This document shows positions 36,071-47,606 of a stretch of DNA of 64,000 bases, one piece after another; the stretch's first letter is position 1, and each line of letters starts with the position of its first letter. Made by a program: the position numbers and the translations under genes. The notes under the pieces were generated by a model. That model searched no databases. It was given only the letters and a program-made list of their open reading frames with translations, and was not told where the DNA came from. This stretch comes from Blepharisma stoltei ATCC 30299 (taxonomy: Eukaryota; Protista; Ciliophora), in NCBI GenBank assembly GCA_965603825.1, contig CBFDEM010000020.1, positions 496,001 through 560,000 of the forward strand, given 5' to 3'.

Positions 36071-37159
36071 ATGTCTGAGTTCAAAACAAATTGTTATGAA
36101 TGCAAGCATCCAATCTCTATTCAAGGTTGTGACGGCCCTCTAATAGATTCTAATGATATACAGAACTTAGATGCTTCACTATACGAAGATGTTATGAAAA
36201 CAGATCGCATATTGGAGCTTGCTTCTTCAGACACTCAAGATACTCAAGTCCTTTGCATGAACTGTTTGAACCAGCTGATTTCTTCCCTTCAAAAGCGGAT
36301 CCAAGAAGAAAACGATACGAAACTTCTCTTAGAAAACCAACTCGAAATCTTTTCTCAACAGCTCGAAGAAGACTCTAGCGAAGATTCAACAGAAGAACAA
36401 ATTGAAGAGCTGAAGTCGAAAATCATGGAATATAAATTAGAAATCAAGGCACAAAACAACGAATTCAAAAGCGTCCAAAAAGATTTAAACGAGCTTGTAC
36501 AAAAAGAGCAAGAGTTTTGAAAGGAAGCGAGTGCATTAGAAATCAAGCTGCTTGATTTCGAAGAGTCAAATGCTGAAGTGGCTCAAAGAATGAAAATTGC
36601 TGAAGAAGAACTTTCACTTCTAAACAGAATCAATGTGCTTAATGAAATATTTTATATTAGCTCAGAAAATCAGTTCGGTACAATAAGCGGATTAAGGCTA
36701 GGACGACTTGACTCTGAAATCGTGTCATGGGAAGAAATTAATGCAGCTTGGGGGCAATGCGTACTTTTATTATCAACTCTTTCAAGAATTAAAGGATTCA
36801 AAAGTGCACAGTGCAATCTTTATCCGCTAGGGAGCTTTTCAAGAATTGCTCCAGTGCATGATGATTCAAATCGATTTGAACTGTAAAGATAATATAGGTT
36901 TTGCTCTGACACAGCTTTTGCAAAAATGATAGGAAGATTTAATACAGCTCAACAATATTACTTAGATTGCTTACTGGAACTTTCTTTATTGATGGAAACA
37001 GAAGACCAAGGGCTATCCTTGCCATACAAAATAGAGAATCATAAGATTGGGCAAATTCCAATAAAGCTAGATATAGGAAATAAGGAAAACTGGACAAGAG
37101 CTTTGCGATTTATGCTTCAAAATTTGAAATATTTGTTGCTAAGATGCATAAGAGACTAA
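36071..37159 (+). CDS. ATG6: Beclin-1 / ATG6 / Vps30, 357 aa; 1 intron, 1 TGA-Trp
   Basis: NVLNEIFYIS..FGTISGLRLGRL..VSWEEINAAWGQ..PLGSFSRI..LPYKI..WTRALRFMLQNLK; TGA 36518. Confidence 0.93.
36883..36897 (+). other. 15-nt intron GTAAAGATAATATAG
   Basis: Removes in-frame TAA inside the BARA domain. Confidence 0.9.
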
Positions 37160-37253
37160 TAATTGCTAAAATTTCTCTTTTAAACTTAGCTTTAGTGATA
37201 CTTATTTAAATATATGCTACAAATATATCAAAGTATTAAAAAGCCACTTTAAA

Positions 37254-38585
37254 ATGGGATGCCAATGCACAAGAGATTACCCTCCTGATGAGCTTGATAA
37301 TATACGCTATGAAAGATATGCAAGATTACATGTAAAAGAAATTCGCGGTGCTAGAGAAATCATCTCGAACTTGTATATTGAACTACTTCCGCCAATGAGC
37401 GAATTATTTTTTTCAGACACAGATGGTGGTATGCGCTATAAAATATCTGGCTGTTGCATATCAGGGCAAGATCCTCACAATTTTTTCATCCAAAAATGTA
37501 AAGATAGCTTCTTTGTGGCTCAGACTCCAGAATCTTTAACTTTAATTTTCGGGATATTTGATGGTCATGGAACTGAAGGAAGCAAGGTAGTTGAGTTTTG
37601 CAAAGCTTATATGGAAAGATTTATTATAGAAAATGAAAATATGTTTAGGAATCGCAGAAAAGAGGCTCTTGAAACGATGTTTATTTCTTGCGACGAAAAA
37701 TTAGCTGATACTGACATTGATTGCACCATGTCTGGAACAACAGCATTAATGCTTATTATTGATCCTAAAGAAATTTCTGTAGCGACGATTGGCAAAAATA
37801 AAGCTATATTAGCGACTATTCCAGAAATAAGAAAAGAAGTGAGCTCTCTTGTTTTGTCTGCAGAAAATCGCCCAATGCAAAAAATTCTTACTCCAGTCAC
37901 TCTATCGGCCGACCATAAACCAAGCAACCCCGAGGAGTTTAAGAGAATCTCAAAGGCTGGAGGAATTGTAAAAAAACTTGTAGACTCTGATGGGAAATCT
38001 ATTGGACCTTCAAGAGTGTTTCTTAAAGGGGCAAATATTCCAGGGCTTGCAGTTTCAAGATCGATTGGAGATATATTAGGTCACAGAGTTGGGGTGATCC
38101 CAGACCCAATTTACTCTAATTTTTACTATAATAAAGCCACTGATAAATTTATAGTTGCAGCTTCAGATGGAATTTGGCAAGTGATGGACGATATAGAAGT
38201 CATTAATTTTGTGGATAGATACAAAAAATATTGCAAAAAGCATAAGGGTAATGGGGAATATCCTGCTAGACCAAGCAACTCAACAATAGCTCGCTTATTA
38301 TGTGAAGAAGCCAGAAGAAAATGGCTTCTTGAAGTAGAAAAGAATGATGTCATTATTGATGATATTTCATGTGTAATTGTAGAATATGCTGGTCTTAAAA
38401 CAAACTATATGACCAGTAATGATGAAAAAATAGAAGAGCATACAGAAAGCTTCAATGAAACTGAGGTAGAGCCAATAAGTATCAATCCTGACGTTAACTT
38501 CATCACCAGTAGTATGATTTATATTGAAGAAGGTCTTGAATTGTCTGATATATATAATACAATTGCTAGCTATAATAGTAAATAA
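37254..38585 (+). CDS. Protein phosphatase 2C (PPM family) with MGC acylation-type start
   Basis: FGIFDGHG, SGTTA, DHKP, GLAVSRSIGD, ASDGIW, DDISC. Confidence 0.93.
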   Translation: MGCQCTRDYPPDELDNIRYERYARLHVKEIRGAREIISNLYIELLPPMSELFFSDTDGGMRYKISGCCISGQDPHNFFIQKCKDSFFVAQTPESLTLIFGIFDGHGTEGSKVVEFCKAYMERFIIENENMFRNRRKEALETMFISCDEKLADTDIDCTMSGTTALMLIIDPKEISVATIGKNKAILATIPEIRKEVSSLVLSAENRPMQKILTPVTLSADHKPSNPEEFKRISKAGGIVKKLVDSDGKSIGPSRVFLKGANIPGLAVSRSIGDILGHRVGVIPDPIYSNFYYNKATDKFIVAASDGIWQVMDDIEVINFVDRYKKYCKKHKGNGEYPARPSNSTIARLLCEEARRKWLLEVEKNDVIIDDISCVIVEYAGLKTNYMTSNDEKIEEHTESFNETEVEPISINPDVNFITSSMIYIEEGLELSDIYNTIASYNSK

Positions 38586-38687
38586 TCCATTTTTATTTTT
38601 ACATGTAACAAAAGAACGTAAATGGTTATCTAAATCAAAAAGCATAAATTAAAATTTATGCTAAAAATAATTTAAATTCACCGGTTT

Positions 38688-39512
<825 letters not shown>

Positions 39513-39723
39513 TTAAAAAAAAAACTGGGCTCTAGATACTTTATTGGAACATTAATGGAGACAAATTAAATGGCAAATTTTTAATATTAGATATCGAGCC
39601 ATTATAATTCTATCTTCTAGCTTATTATTTAAAAAATGGCTCTGATTTTAATTATATATAAGATATTTACAATTAGTTATAAGCTAAAGCTTTCTTATAT
39701 TGGCAGTTTATTTAAGAAGCGTC

Positions 39724-40851
39724 TTATGTGATTTCATCTAAATAAATTCCGCCAACAACGCTGTCATTATTGTCCAATGGAGGAAAGTCGCTAGTTGAGC
39801 AATTATCTTTATCTTCGTAAATAATTTTTAAATCGCGATCATTTCTATTAGCTGCTTCTTTGATTCTTTCAATAGTTTCGATACTGAAATCATATCCTGA
39901 AATATCAATAATCTAAATATCTATTACTTCTAGTGCTTTGTGCTTTAATATTAAAGCAATTACTTCTTCTCCAATATCATTTTGATCTACATCATTATAT
40001 TCTATATGCAATTCAAGCAAGTGATCCGAGGATCCCAGGGAGCTTAAAATTCCTTTTATTCCTGAGTTCCCCAAGCATGCATCTCCGCAGGCCAAAATGC
40101 TTAAATATTTTAGACCTCGAGAAACTTTTGCCAATGCTGAATAAGCACAGGATTCATTGATGTAGTTTCCTTCCAATTTCAAAATCTGGATTTTTTCATT
40201 AAAAGCTAACCCTCTGCATAAAGAAACAATTCCTTGCTTCTTAATATCATTTCACGAAAAGTTTATTTCTCTTAGGCTCCTCATGTCTTCAAATGCATTG
40301 CTAATAGCTACTGCTCCTTTATCACCTATACTACATTTTTCCATTGATAAAGCATGCAATTTGAGTTCTTTTGCGTTTTTTAATGCTTCAGATAATGCCA
40401 AGGATCCTTCAGTACCCAGAGGGTTGAAATCCAATTTCAAAGTTTTAAGTGTTGGTGTGTTTTCTAGTAAAAATCCAATTGTGTCCATGGACTGCTGAAC
40501 CAAAAAATTATTCGACAAGTCAAGTTCTCTTAATTCTCTGAAGCCTAAAAGGGTCTTGGCTAAAATATCCAAAATCCTTGGAGAGCTCATTTCATCTCAT
40601 TCAGCAAAGATATGGCTTAAGTTGGCTGTGTTTATATTTGGGCATTCTTGAATTGTCTCTGCCAAGCTTTCCATAGCTTCTTCTGTATATGTGTTGTGAC
40701 TGAGTCCGAATTCAGTAACATCTAATTTATACGCATCTAGTTGAGAGCAGTATTTATAGGTGTCTTCTGAGGTCTCAAAATGCTTCTCTAAGGGTGGGAT
40801 TTCAAATACAGAGAACTCTTCTTGTGGTTGTTCTGAAAAAAGAATGCCCAT
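39724..40851 (-). CDS. RanGAP-like leucine-rich-repeat protein, 370 aa; 1 intron, 2 TGA-Trp
   Basis: LSHNTY..A...LA, LDLSNNF, LKLDFNPLGTEG, INFS[W]NDIKKQG, LHIEYND: RNI-like LRRs in RanGAP order; TGAs 40597, 40252. Confidence 0.75.
39913..39927 (-). other. 15-nt intron GTAATAGATATTTAG
   Basis: Removes TAG; restores LEIIDISG LRR. Confidence 0.85.
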
Positions 40852-41002
40852 TAACGTTTGCAAATTCAATGCTTTTTTTTGGGCGCAATAATAACTCTAA
40901 AGTTTATACTAGATTTTTAAAATCATTAGTTATTTTAATTTAATTTTATAGAAAACAATGAAATCAAGTCCCCAAGGGCAGCATAGTATTAGAAATGGAA
41001 AA

Positions 41003-41755
41003 TTAATGCTTTTTTAGATCACTAGTTGTTCTTGCAAACTGAGTGCTCCTTGAGCTTAATTCTGTGCGCTCCAGATAAGGCCTCAGCGTGGATTTTGCTC
41101 TGACCATTTTGAATGTAGATTTTGATGTCTTATTCATGGGTTTTGAGGAATCCTCGAATAATGAAAGTTTCTTTCCACGATCTCCAGTAAATACTGAAGC
41201 CGATCTTCTTTCTGGCACGCATTTTGCTTCACTCAATATCCTTTTAAGAGTGCCTTGAGGCTTGTGGCTAATTGAATCTCTGACTTAAAATTACATTCTT
41301 TTGATGACGTAAGTTCTCAAATTATCAATCTTGGAACGCAGCATTTTATTACTATTGTCAAGTGTCTATGTGGTAGATACATTTAAATCGTTGGCTGCTT
41401 CTTGTATTGTTTTGAATCTGATACGGTTAGTGTACATAATTTTGTCTAGGGATTTTTCGTTATATTTAGATTTGATTTTTCCAGTTACAAGGTCAAAATT
41501 TTCATCATATGTACCTATTCCACATTCAGCTACTTTTACAGGTTTTGGAGGTGTTTCGTATATTGGACTATACATATTCACATGGGCAGATATTTGGCAG
41601 TCTTCTCTGGGTGGATGGCGAATAGGACTTCGCTCAAGTAAAGTATCAGCAGACTTTATAGGTGAAGAACTGATTGTTTGTACTGCTCTGCTACTTCTGC
41701 TTGGGAGTCTATGAATATGCTCATATATGCAAGAGCGTAATTGGGCTTCTGCCAT
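41003..41755 (-). CDS. Hypothetical protein, ~240 aa; 2 introns
   Basis: Track ORFs 41366 and 41003 joined in frame by introns 41366-41380 and 41280-41294. Confidence 0.68.
41280..41294 (-). other. 15-nt intron GTAATTTTAAGTCAG
   Basis: Consensus match; removes in-frame TAA. Confidence 0.75.
41366..41380 (-). other. 15-nt intron GTATCTACCACATAG
   Basis: Consensus match; removes in-frame TAG. Confidence 0.72.
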
Positions 41756-41802
41756 TTTATTTTAAAAATGATATATTTATTATCATATTAACTTTGATCC
41801 TC

Positions 41803-43671
41803 TTAGCTTCTAAATACGCATCTAAAGCAGCAACTATAAGAGCATTCTTGGCAATAAAAGGACCCAATTCGTTTAATTTCCCCTCGGCAAACACCACAAC
41901 TGTAGGCATTTCCTCCATATCTTTTAGATGTTTGATAATCCCAGCTAAGCTCGTGGCCATTTCTGCATTTTTTTATTGGGCGTTTAGTAGCAGCATCATA
42001 GAGCTGAGATGAACATAAAGAGCACAAATCAAAATTGCACTCGATGCATCTAAATCTCTCTTCCAGCTTTCGTTGGCAGCATCCATCACAAATAAAGTTT
42101 CCCTTAATAAACCACCTCAACAAATGTTTGTCTGGGCATCGAATGATAGGATGGCCTGGAGCTGGCAACTGTAGGAATAAATAGCAAACTTGGCAAAGAA
42201 AGTATTTGCAAGGATTACATGTGTAGGTCTCTCCTTTGAAAAACTGTTTGCACATATCACAAGAAACTGGAAGACCAAGAAGCAGAACCGCAAGGTTCAA
42301 TTCCAATTGATGCTTGTTTTTGCATTTTGCGCTAGTTGCAACACTGGTATACCCTGCTCTTTCTGCACAATTATTGCAAATATCATACAAGCATGCTCTG
42401 CAATGCCAATGAGCCACCTCTACATTTCCTTTGCATCTGGCACATGAAGGATCTGCTTTGCCTAAGTTTGTGTAGTGCATTTTCACGTCAGATTTTCATT
42501 CTAACTCATGCCCAGAGCTGCAACTCAAAATCGGAAGAGGCACGCCCATTGATAAACTGCACTCTCTGCAGACATCATAATGGCATTCCCTGCAATTCCA
42601 TGAGGCATACGAATAAGTTTTTCCGCATTGATCACACGATATATAAAAAGATCCTGAATTGGCAAAATAATTAAAAGGAGTATTGTTGTTTCATGAAAGG
42701 TTGTGGCCTTTTGCACATTTAAGGACTTTATTGTTTTCATTCGGAGTTATTATAGTCTTGCTTCTTTGAGGAATATTTTGCGTTTCTGCTGGCTTTGGAG
42801 ATTGCTCTACTAAAGAGGCAGCTCTTTGGATTCCTTTAGCTTCTTCTCTAAAATTTTCTTTAGTCGATACTCTAGGATAGTTGCCATCAGCGCACTTCTT
42901 TGCAGGCGAGGTCTTGCTTTCTTCTCTAAAGCTTTCTTTCGCTGAAACATTCGGATAGCTACTATCGAAAACTTGCTTCTGAGGCGAAGCTTTACTCTGA
43001 GTCTCTTTTATTTCTTCTCTGAAGTTTTCCTTTATCGAAACACTAGGATAGTTGCTATCAACGCATTTCTTTTGAGGGGAAATTTTAAAAAACTCAATTT
43101 CTGGTCCAAAAGTGTTGCTTTCTTTGTCAGCCAATAGCAATACATCGAGCAGTCTGACACTATCTTCAATAGAAAATAATTCTTGGAGTCCTAATTTTAT
43201 AGGATTATTGTTTATATTTAATTTCCCTAGAATTCAAGAGCTGCATTCTTCTATGGCCTCTTGTTCTCTTCTTGTAAGAATTGATAGAATCCTTCCTGGA
43301 ATAATGGCTTTAGAAGAGCTATTTGCTGCAGAAACTTGCTGCAACAACAAATCAGATTTCCCGATGATGTCATTTAGATATCTGATATGGCTGACGCAGC
43401 ACCTTTCAATGATATTGATTAGAGAAGCAGTCTCTTGCATGATCCTTGTAATATGCTCATTTGCTTGATTTTTAATATCCTTGAAAGTTTTTATTAAAAT
43501 TTTTTTGCTGTTTTCATTAATGACAATTGCATTCCTAACAATCGGGTGGGAAGGGACAGATTGGTCAGTTAGGTGATCTCGGATGTGGCTATCGCACAGA
43601 TTGATACGAGGAGCTTTGCAGCTGCAAGTCCAGACACTCATTTCAGGACATAAATCACACCTGCCAGACAT
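41803..43671 (-). CDS. Cys/His-rich protein: N-terminal B-box-like finger, internal triple repeat, five C-terminal zinc-finger-like (ZZ/DC1-like) modules; 622 aa; 3 TGA-Trp
   Basis: Five copies of C-x3-H-x-L-x-W...CxxC...CxxC-x-(Y/F)-x2-CxxC; TGAs 43234, 42691, 42496. Confidence 0.82.
42841..43080 (-). repeat. Three degenerate tandem coding repeats of SP(Q/A)Kxxx(D)xxYPxVSxKExFREE
   Basis: SPQKKCVDSNYPSVSIKENFREE / SPQKQVFDSSYPNVSAKESFREE / SPAKKCADGNYPRVSTKENFREE; also visible at DNA level. Confidence 0.88.
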
Positions 43672-43912
43672 TTTTATTGGTGCTTATTTATTTCCTTTCT
43701 ATAAAAATTATAGGGCTTCTAGACTGATCTATTAAAGCTTTAACAAAAATTTAAATCACATTAAAAAAGAACCATGGAAGAAGTTTAAAAATATTAAGCT
43801 GAGCAATCATCAACATATTCAATTATCCAAGGAATACATACTGAGAGATAATTTAACTATAAACTTGGATAAATTACTCCTCAGCGCCATTTTTTAAAAT
43901 TTGACAAACTAG

Positions 43913-45796
43913 ATGAACGATTCTGAGGCCTTTATCGAAATCCAAAACTTTATTGAGCAAGAATATAAAGACCAGCTAGAATTGATTTGCAGCTCAGAAA
44001 ATTCTGATCAAAGATTTGATCTTGAAATCGAGTAAAATTTATGCAGTGTATCATTATTACTTGATTACACAACTGTAGCAATTCCTCTTATATACAACGC
44101 GCCTTCTGAATTCATTGAAGTCCTCAAAAACCAAGCCCAAGAGCTGCTTCTATACAGAGGCATCGAAAGAAATATTGATATCCGTCTCATATCCCCGCCT
44201 ACTTCATTTTTTAAAGCTGATATTGGTAACATAGGGGTTGAAGATGACCAAAAACTTATCACTCTTTCCGGCACAATAACTAGATGTGGAAACGTCCGAT
44301 CACTTGCTCACAAAAAAGACTTCAAATGTGTCCAGTGTGGGACTATATTTCGTTTGGAGTCGCTTATAGAGCTTTATAATGGGTTTGACTTACCTCCAAA
44401 ATGCCCTTCAAAAAAATGCAGAGGAAAGAATTTCGAAGGGGTCGAAAAAAGCGAGGAATGGAAAGACTATCGAGAAGTCAAAGTTCAAGATTTGTTCAGT
44501 AATCAGCATAGAGGGAAGCTACCTCCAAATTTGTGGGTTGTGCTTTCAGGGAATCTTGTAAATTCATGCAATCCAGGAGATGATGTGACTATTACAGGAG
44601 TTCTTATAACTAGATGAATGCCATTACTCAGGACTCAGCAATGCGACTTAGATTTCTGCTTAGTTGCAAGCTCTTTGAGAGTCCACTCATCAAAATTAGA
44701 ACATAATATAGCTGAAGTCGAAACAAAAGAAAAACTTGAAGACTTTGAGTTTAGGGCAAAACTTATTGATAGCTTTGCACCAAAAATATTCGGAAATAAT
44801 CATATAAAGCTCGGGATGCTATTGTGCGCTATTGGAGGAATGAGAGAAGAAATAAGTGGGCTACGGCTGAGGGGGCATTGCCATTGCCTAATTGTGGGAG
44901 AGCCTGGGACGGGAAAATCACAGCTGCTGAGAGAAGCATGCTTACTTCATTTAAGAGGAGTTTCTACAAGTGCGGTTGGAGCAAGCATAGCAGGCTTAAC
45001 TGTTTCTGCAGTAAAAGAAGGCTCTGAATGGATGCTTGAAGCTGGAGCTTTAGTTCTTGCTGATTGCGGGATTTGCTGTATAGATGATATAGCGATGCTT
45101 GCAAAAGAAGATTTAAGAGATATTTATGAATCCATGGAGTCTCAAACGATTAGTGTTGCGAAAGCAGGCATGGTATGCACTGTAAATGCAAGAACAACTA
45201 TCATTGGAGCATGCAGGCCGAAGAAAAATAGATTTGATTTTGGGGTTGGCATTGATGAAAACTCAGGCTTGCCTTCACCTCTTCTATCAAGATTTGATCT
45301 AGTTTTCATCTTAATAGATCAGCCTGATCCTGAAGCAGATGCCATTAAATCAAATTTTATACTATGTGGCGGCCACCAGTCTAAAAAATCTTTGTTTTCT
45401 CCTGGCCAACTCCAATATTTTTTAAAAAAATCAAGAGAAATTCTTCCTCCGATTACAGAAGAGGCATCTGAAATACTTGGTAGATATTTTGACTTAATAA
45501 AAAACCATGAAGAAATAGTTGTTACAATCCGGCACCTTGAGAGTTTGCTAAGACTTTCCCAAGCACATGCAAGGCTTTGCCAAAGAGATGAAGTAAATAG
45601 TTTTGACACAACTTCTGTTATTTTGCTTATGGAATCTACTTGTAGAGGAGCTGGATTGCTGTCTATTCCTCCAGAAGACTGCTTTAAAGATCAAAATCTT
45701 TTTAATCAGACTCAGAACGAAATACTGGTAAAACTTGGGTACATGCCAATAATTCCTAAAGGATTCGCAATTGACGATTCTATTTTAGAAGACTAA
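43913..45796 (+). CDS. MCM9: MCM9-like DNA helicase subunit, 622 aa; 1 intron, 1 TGA-Trp
   Basis: CxxC/CPxxxC zinc finger, DYREVKVQD, WVVLSGNLVNSCNPGDDV..TR[W]MP, GEPGTGKSQ, AGLTVSAVKEGSEWMLEAGALVLAD, QTISVAKAG, PLLSRFDL. Confidence 0.87.
44032..44046 (+). other. 15-nt intron GTAAAATTTATGCAG
   Basis: Removes TAA and links the ATG at 43913 to the MCM N-domain. Confidence 0.87.
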
Positions 45797-45819
45797 TTAA
45801 TTTATTTTAATTAAAAATT

Positions 45820-45827
45820 AAAAAAAA
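45820..45827 (-). terminator. RNA polymerase III oligo-T terminator of tRNA-Phe
   Basis: T8 on the minus strand immediately after the discriminator base. Confidence 0.7.
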
Positions 45828-45828
45828 G

Positions 45829-45902
45829 TGCCGTGACCCGGGATTGAACCGGGGACCTTAAGATCTTCAGTCTTACGCTACTCCCAGCTGAGCTACCACG
45901 GC
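45829..45902 (-). tRNA. tRNA-Phe (anticodon GAA)
   Basis: GCCGTGG/TCACGGC acceptor stem, TAAGA-CTGAAGA-TCTTA anticodon arm, GGTTCAATCC T-arm, downstream T-run. Confidence 0.95.
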
Positions 45903-45995
45903 GCAATATTATTTCATTGTTCTCCTATTCATAGATATTTTATTTGTAACGAATTAAAAGCTTAAATAAACCATTCAAATATATTTCTACTTGCC

Positions 45996-46733
45996 AAGAA
46001 AATTGTCGAAGCCATAAAAGAGCTGGCAACAGAAGTGAATTTGGAAATTACAAGTGATGGAATGACTATTCAAGCAATGGATGCATCTCATGTTGCACTA
46101 GTTGTGCTCTCTCTAAGATCTGAAAAATTTGAAGAATATCGGTGCGACCGTCCTCAAACTCTAGGAATCTCTATTGGGAATCTTTCAAAACTCGTCAAGG
46201 TTGCAGGCAATGATGATTCTATTTCACTGAGAGCAGATGACGAAGCGAGGGTTTTGATCTTAACATTTAGAGGCAAAAATAGTGAAAGAACTAGTGAATT
46301 TCAATTAAACTTGCTCACATTGGAATCTGAACATTTAGGAGTTATAGATCAAGAGTATGTAGCTGAAATTACAATGCCAAGCTTAGAGTTTGGAAGAATA
46401 TGTCGAGAATTAGCTCAAATAACCGACACAATTACCATCGCAGCTGATAAAGAGATAGTCAATTTTGCTGTTTCTGGAGATATAGGATCTGGATCAGTTG
46501 CTATTAAGCCTAATGACTCAGATAAGCCTGATGAAAAATGCATTATCAAGGTATCAGAACTTGTAAGTATGAATTTTGCATTGAGATATCTAAACTTGTT
46601 CAACAAAGCGTCGATGCTTTCCAATGAAGTCTCAATAAGTTTGTCTCCTGAAGTTCCTATCTCCCTTCAATATGAATTCGAGCTTGGAGAGTTGAGATAC
46701 TATTTGGCTCCTAAAATTGCTGAGGATGCATAA
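45996..46733 (+). CDS. PCNA: Proliferating cell nuclear antigen lacking its first ~12 codons (no ATG upstream of homology)
   Basis: KKIVEAIKELATEVNLEITSDGMTIQAMDASHVALV..FEEYRCDR..FALRYLNLFNKA..YYLAPKI; in-frame TAA at 45963; first in-frame ATG only at 46062. Confidence 0.85.
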   Translation, partial: KKIVEAIKELATEVNLEITSDGMTIQAMDASHVALVVLSLRSEKFEEYRCDRPQTLGISIGNLSKLVKVAGNDDSISLRADDEARVLILTFRGKNSERTSEFQLNLLTLESEHLGVIDQEYVAEITMPSLEFGRICRELAQITDTITIAADKEIVNFAVSGDIGSGSVAIKPNDSDKPDEKCIIKVSELVSMNFALRYLNLFNKASMLSNEVSISLSPEVPISLQYEFELGELRYYLAPKIAEDA

Positions 46734-46764
46734 ATTTAAATAAAAGTTTATTGTAAAACGCATA

Positions 46765-47586
46765 ATGAAAATTAATTTTTTATGAAGTCAATTGCTTGTT
46801 TTTAGCATACAGCTTTATTTTGCTTCTGCGTTATCACTTAAAGATCAAGAAACTATCAACTCAGATGATTATCTCGATGATTATTCAGCAGCTTTAGAAG
46901 ATGCGAAAAACCCGACATCAGATAAAATAGTTAATTCTTTAATTCCTCTCAGGAAGGATAATTCTGATCTTACTTTTGACAGTGATGGAAAGGTTTTAAT
47001 GGTTTTTCTTGGCAAACTTAATGATTTCCAATATGACCAAGGTGAAGAAATAAGAATTATTAAAGACACTTTTATTACAGCTTATCCTGAGCTGAAAGAT
47101 ATATGCTCAACATTTGAGTCTGATGATATAAAATTAGAAGTATTTCAGATGCTAGGAATGTCTCCTTATGATAGCTCAGATGGAGTAATAGAAATCTATA
47201 TAGATCTTTCTGATATATTTAGGCCTTGTCCAGATCCAGATATTGCTGATATGGAGTGCCAAGCGGAAATTCCATTAAGCGGAAATGAAATTCCATATGG
47301 CCAAGATATTCCTTGGTATTGTCCAGAAGATGGGGAAAGCGTTTCTCAGGTTTCAGGGGACTGGGTTCAAGTCAGTGAAGATCACTTTTCTTGAATGTGT
47401 GATGAATGGGAATCTTCATATAATAATGAAGATATATATGAAAATAGGCCTTGGACTGGACTCGGATACACATATAACTGGGGATCTTATAATCATGTAG
47501 GCTGTAGTGAGTTTGCAATATTGGCATATACTTATGCTGTTTTTAATCAAAAAATGTCAATTGAGGATTACTGCAATAATATTTAA
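46765..47586 (+). CDS. Secreted acidic protein with FRPCPDP and PWTxLGYTYxWG motifs, 273 aa; 2 TGA-Trp
   Basis: Signal-peptide-like MKINFL[W]SQLLVFSIQLYFASA; QMLGMSP, IFRPCPDPDIAD, RPWTGLGYTYNWG, GCSEF; TGAs 46783, 47392. Confidence 0.8.
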
Positions 47587-47606
47587 CAAAAATTCGTAAC
47601 AAATTA

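Noticed and set aside
45946-45960. GTAACGAATTAAAAG as an intron rescuing the PCNA start
   Set aside because: Position 10 is T rather than the invariant A, and removing it creates no ATG.
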